Assembly: GCA_045653255.1 (NCBI GenBank)
Contig: JAZOLR010000170.1
Span: 1-44,444, forward strand
Direction of reading: 5' to 3'
Origin: Eubacteriales bacterium
GTDB taxonomy: Bacteria > Bacillota > Clostridia > Oscillospirales > CAG-272
DNA: 44,444 bases
Shown piece by piece: positions 43,081 through 44,444 of this stretch. Position numbers and translations under genes: made by a program. How positions within the stretch are numbered: the first letter of the stretch is position 1; each line of letters begins with the position of its first letter. Under the pieces are notes generated by a model. That model had not been told where the DNA came from. It did no database searches and was given only the letters and a program-made list of their open reading frames with translations.

Positions 43081-44444
43081 AAAAGTCCAACGATTGTGCC
43101 GTCTTCCTGCACATCTATACGTTCAGCGGCGGGAGACTTCGGAAGACCGGGCATCGTCATAATGTCACCCGTGAGTGCAACGATAAAGCCTGCGCCTGCG
43201 CTAACTTTTATATTTCTTACCGTTACGGTAAATCCTTCGGGTGCGCCGAGTTTCGTCATATCGTCAGAGAAACTGTACTGCGTTTTTGCCATACATACGG
43301 GCATTTTATCAAGTCCGAGCGAAACGAGTTGCGCTATCTGCTTTTTCGCCTGGGGAGTGAAGATAACGCCGTCGCCGCCGTAAATCTTCTTTACTATCGC
43401 TTCGGTCTTTGCCTCTATTGTTTCGTTTTCATCGTAAGCGAAATGGAAATCGGGCGTCTCTTCTTCGCAAAGTCTGACTACCTCACGAGCGAGTTCAACA
43501 CCGCCTTCGCCGCCCTTCGCCCATACGTCGGAAAGACATACGTTAACACCGAGTTCACGGCATTTTTCCATAACTGTCTTTACTTCGTTTTCGGTATCTG
43601 TCGGGAACTTGTTGAGCGCAACGACTGCAGGAAGACCGTAAACGTTCTTGTTGTTGGAGAGGTGGCGGAAAAGATTGGGTAGTCCGCGCTCTACCGCCGC
43701 GCAGTCTTCCGTGTTAAGTTCCGTCTTCGGAAGTCCGCCGTGCATCTTGAGCGCTCTTATGGTCGCAACAAGTACAACGGCAGAGGGGGTAAGTCCTGCA
43801 AATCTACACTTAATGTCGAGGAATTTTTCTGCGCCGAGGTCTGCGCCGAATCCTGCCTCGGTTATCGCATAGTCACCGAGTTTGAGCGCGAGTCTCGTTG
43901 CGGTCACGGAGTTACAACCGTGAGCGATATTTGCAAAAGGTCCGCCGTGCACAAGCGCAGGAGTGCCTTCAAGAGACTGAACGAGGTTCGGTTTCAATGC
44001 ATCTTTGAGCAACGCCGCCATTGCGCCCGTTGCTTTGAGGTCGCCTGCGGTAACCGGCTTTTCGTCATAGGTATAACCTACGATAATTCTCGAAAGTCTT
44101 TCTTTCAAGTCGGCAATCGAGGAAGAAAGGCACAAAACCGCCATTATTTCAGATGCAACTGTGATGTCGTATCCGTCCTCACGCGGTACGCCGTTTACAC
44201 GGCCGCCAAGACCGTCGGTAACGAAACGGAGTTGTCTGTCGTTCATATCAACGCATCTCTTCCAAGTGATGCGGCGAGGGTCAATATTGAGGGAGTTACC
44301 CTGATAGATGTGGTTATCAAGCATAGCCGCGAGCAAGTTATTCGCCGCGCCTATTGTGTGGAAGTCGCCCGTGAAGTGAAGATTGATGTCTTCCATAGGC
44401 ACAACTTGAGCATATCCGCCGCCTGCTGCGCCGCCCTTTACACC
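43077..44444 (-). CDS. fhs: formate--tetrahydrofolate ligase, N-terminal part outside window
   Basis: The frame is open to the window end ([27 protein letters not shown]...). The match to FTHFS is highly characteristic. Confidence 0.9.
   Translation of the reverse strand, partial: GVKGGAAGGGYAQVVPMEDINLHFTGDFHTIGAANNLLAAMLDNHIYQGNSLNIDPRRITWKRCVDMNDRQLRFVTDGLGGRVNGVPREDGYDITVASEIMAVLCLSSSIADLKERLSRIIVGYTYDEKPVTAGDLKATGAMAALLKDALKPNLVQSLEGTPALVHGGPFANIAHGCNSVTATRLALKLGDYAITEAGFGADLGAEKFLDIKCRFAGLTPSAVVLVATIRALKMHGGLPKTELNTEDCAAVERGLPNLFRHLSNNKNVYGLPAVVALNKFPTDTENEVKTVMEKCRELGVNVCLSDVWAKGGEGGVELAREVVRLCEEETPDFHFAYDENETIEAKTEAIVKKIYGGDGVIFTPQAKKQIAQLVSLGLDKMPVCMAKTQYSFSDDMTKLGAPEGFTVTVRNIKVSAGAGFIVALTGDIMTMPGLPKSPAAERIDVQEDGTIVGLF

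Overview
This 44.4-kb chromosomal window comes from a spore-forming Firmicute, probably Clostridia-like (spoVAC-spoVAD-spoVAE, long-form hpf, fhs). I can support 44 protein-coding genes, two of them cut by the window edges.

Gene content, in order:
- dapA-dapB-lysA
- tag
- An operon with two paralogous trigger-factor-like lipoproteins flanking rnhA
- A 6.7-kb ABC-2 operon: ATPase, permease, two GldG-like proteins and a DUF4340-like protein
- DUF975, pyrR, the spoVA genes and birA
- luxS-mtnN, an RluA-family synthase, a small unknown protein and a secreted nuclease
- A GH3 glycosidase
- An XRE/S24 (CI/LexA-like) repressor with two divergent small genes
- An acyltransferase-like protein and an ADP-ribosylglycohydrolase-like protein
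- An AraC-regulated four-enzyme oxidoreductase / type I dehydroquinase-like island
- hpf, a flavin reductase, an SDR and rnc
- A SASA-type esterase, a MATE transporter, an SGNH hydrolase and fhs

I see no rRNA or tRNA genes, no bona fide CRISPR array, no transposase, integrase or recombinase, and no recognisable defence genes. I cannot point to an obviously new protein machine.

The content least explained by ordinary annotation is noncoding or regulatory:
1. Two loci, each directly after a stop codon, where short palindromes that differ in sequence but all stay self-complementary alternate with an invariant ACATCAT(T) linker.
2. A family of intergenic composite repeats built around a 37-bp unit (TTTTTTGCTTGTGGTCTCACCAAAATATACCGCTCAA), with 51-bp identical copies 7.8 kb apart and degenerate copies elsewhere.
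3. A near-identical hairpin terminator on both sides of the AraC island.
4. An orphan CI-like switch with consensus divergent promoters, GTCAC-N7-GTGAC palindromes and a leader of about 390 nt.

All protein calls rest on motifs I recognise by eye, with no database search. Coordinates of starts that I moved relative to the ORF track are justified in the evidence fields.
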